A DNA stretch of 64,000 nt, from assembly GCF_006345805.1 (NCBI RefSeq), contig NC_043013.1, forward strand, positions 21,266,001 to 21,330,000. Reading direction: 5' to 3'. A program made the translations under genes and the position numbers. Of this stretch, positions 62,903 to 64,000 are shown piece after piece. The DNA comes from Octopus sinensis (lineage: Eukaryota). Position 1 is the first letter of the stretch. Each line of letters begins with the position of its first letter. Under the pieces are notes generated by a model, which worked only from the letters and a program-made list of their open reading frames with translations, was not told where the DNA came from and did no database searches.

Positions 62903-63899
62903 TCTTATGAAAATTTAGATCTTTCCTTCTTACCAAAGAACAGAAGAAAAAGGGAGAAAGAAGAAACGCACTCAATACCAGAGCTGAAGACACCTCCGAA
63001 AGGGGAGGGGGCGCCAAGTCGAAAACGGTAGAGGCGTAGGAGCCAAAACCGGACGTGGTTCCTCCTGATGATGTCTTTAGCCACTGGATCCTATAAAGGA
63101 GCTGTTGAGGTAGCGAACCACGAAACGTGGTTGGAATTCCCCCGATAGACAACACAAATAAATTTATACAGTTGTTACTGAAGTGATTGATGTCTTCAGA
63201 GGTTGAAAAATCACTAAGCTGAAATCAGGCGCTACTCTGGTATTCGTTTCAATATCATAACTGCAGCCACGGAGGGAGAGTCATTTCATTATTCAAGTAT
63301 CTTGTTTGAAAAGAGTATTGTTTCTCTTTTTTTTTTTTAGCGGTGTTCATAATATATTAATTTGCGGACTGACGATGGGTTATTCGTTCCCTCTATGTAA
63401 CTTTGCACATGTGATTGTATCCTGGAATCTTATTTTGTATATATTTCAAACACGTTATTTGCCTTTCCTTGTTAAATTTTCTAATCGGTGTTTATGTTTA
63501 ATTATCTGGAAGCAGACTTATGGCTATGAGTTTCCATCGGAACATTTGACAGTCACTTATTGGACGTAAACGATATCACAGCAGCCATCAACATACAATT
63601 CTTGATATATCGCTCATGTGTTCACAATGCAAATAAATTATTTAGGGTCAAGTTTCTAGCGAATATAAAACTAATCGAAAACCCTATTTCTATCGATTAG
63701 CATTGATATTCATACCGCTGCTCGGTCAGCGCTGAATGTCAGAATGCAGATTACAATAATGTTTGTGTATATGTGTGTGTATGTGTACATATGTGTACGC
63801 GTGTGTAGTCTGACTGTCTCGGCATCTCACGTTCTCCCAATATCTCTTTCACGCATACACTTCTTTATCAATCTCGTGTGTGTGTGTGTGTACGTATGT

Positions 63900-64000
63900 C
63901 TGTAGGTTCGTAGTTTAGTGTTAAGCATGTTAACCTCGCAATTGTAAGGTTGCGAGTCGAGTTCTGGACCGGGTGCTGCATCTTTGAGTAAGGCGCTCCA
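63900..64000 (+). mobile_element. Degraded tRNA-like SINE head running off the window edge
   Basis: gtagtttagtgttaagc..gtaaggttgcgagtcg..tctttgagtaaggc resembles the H2 head. Confidence 0.45.

Overview
This is AT-rich, microsatellite-dense eukaryotic DNA, intronic or intergenic. The repeat repertoire resembles an octopus (coleoid cephalopod) genome, but that is inferred from the repeat families only. I found no intact host gene, RNA gene or CRISPR array; almost all ORF-track entries are microsatellite translations. The window holds tRNA-derived SINEs (at least four head/tail combinations), decayed LINEs (RTE, R4/Dong-like, CR1, L1/Tx1-like), mariner/Tc1/hAT/piggyBac MITEs, non-autonomous Helitrons and Penelope-like repeats with hammerhead-like motifs. 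Main observations: (1) One SINE subfamily builds 184-bp head-to-tail arrays with the same junction (AAAGAAAT[A/T/G]|GGTATTTC) 12 times at 5 loci and appears to prefer C^GGT targets, including a site inside SINEs of its own family. (2) An ORF1-only L1/Tx1-like element at 48.1-49.8 kb shares that SINE's 3' tail and may point to the partner LINE family. (3) A TSD-flanked, 5'-inverted RTE insertion carries two templated copies of nearby downstream DNA. (4) There are several near-perfect fold-back structures, including a 34-bp hairpin and a 172-bp inverted repeat enclosing a candidate exon.
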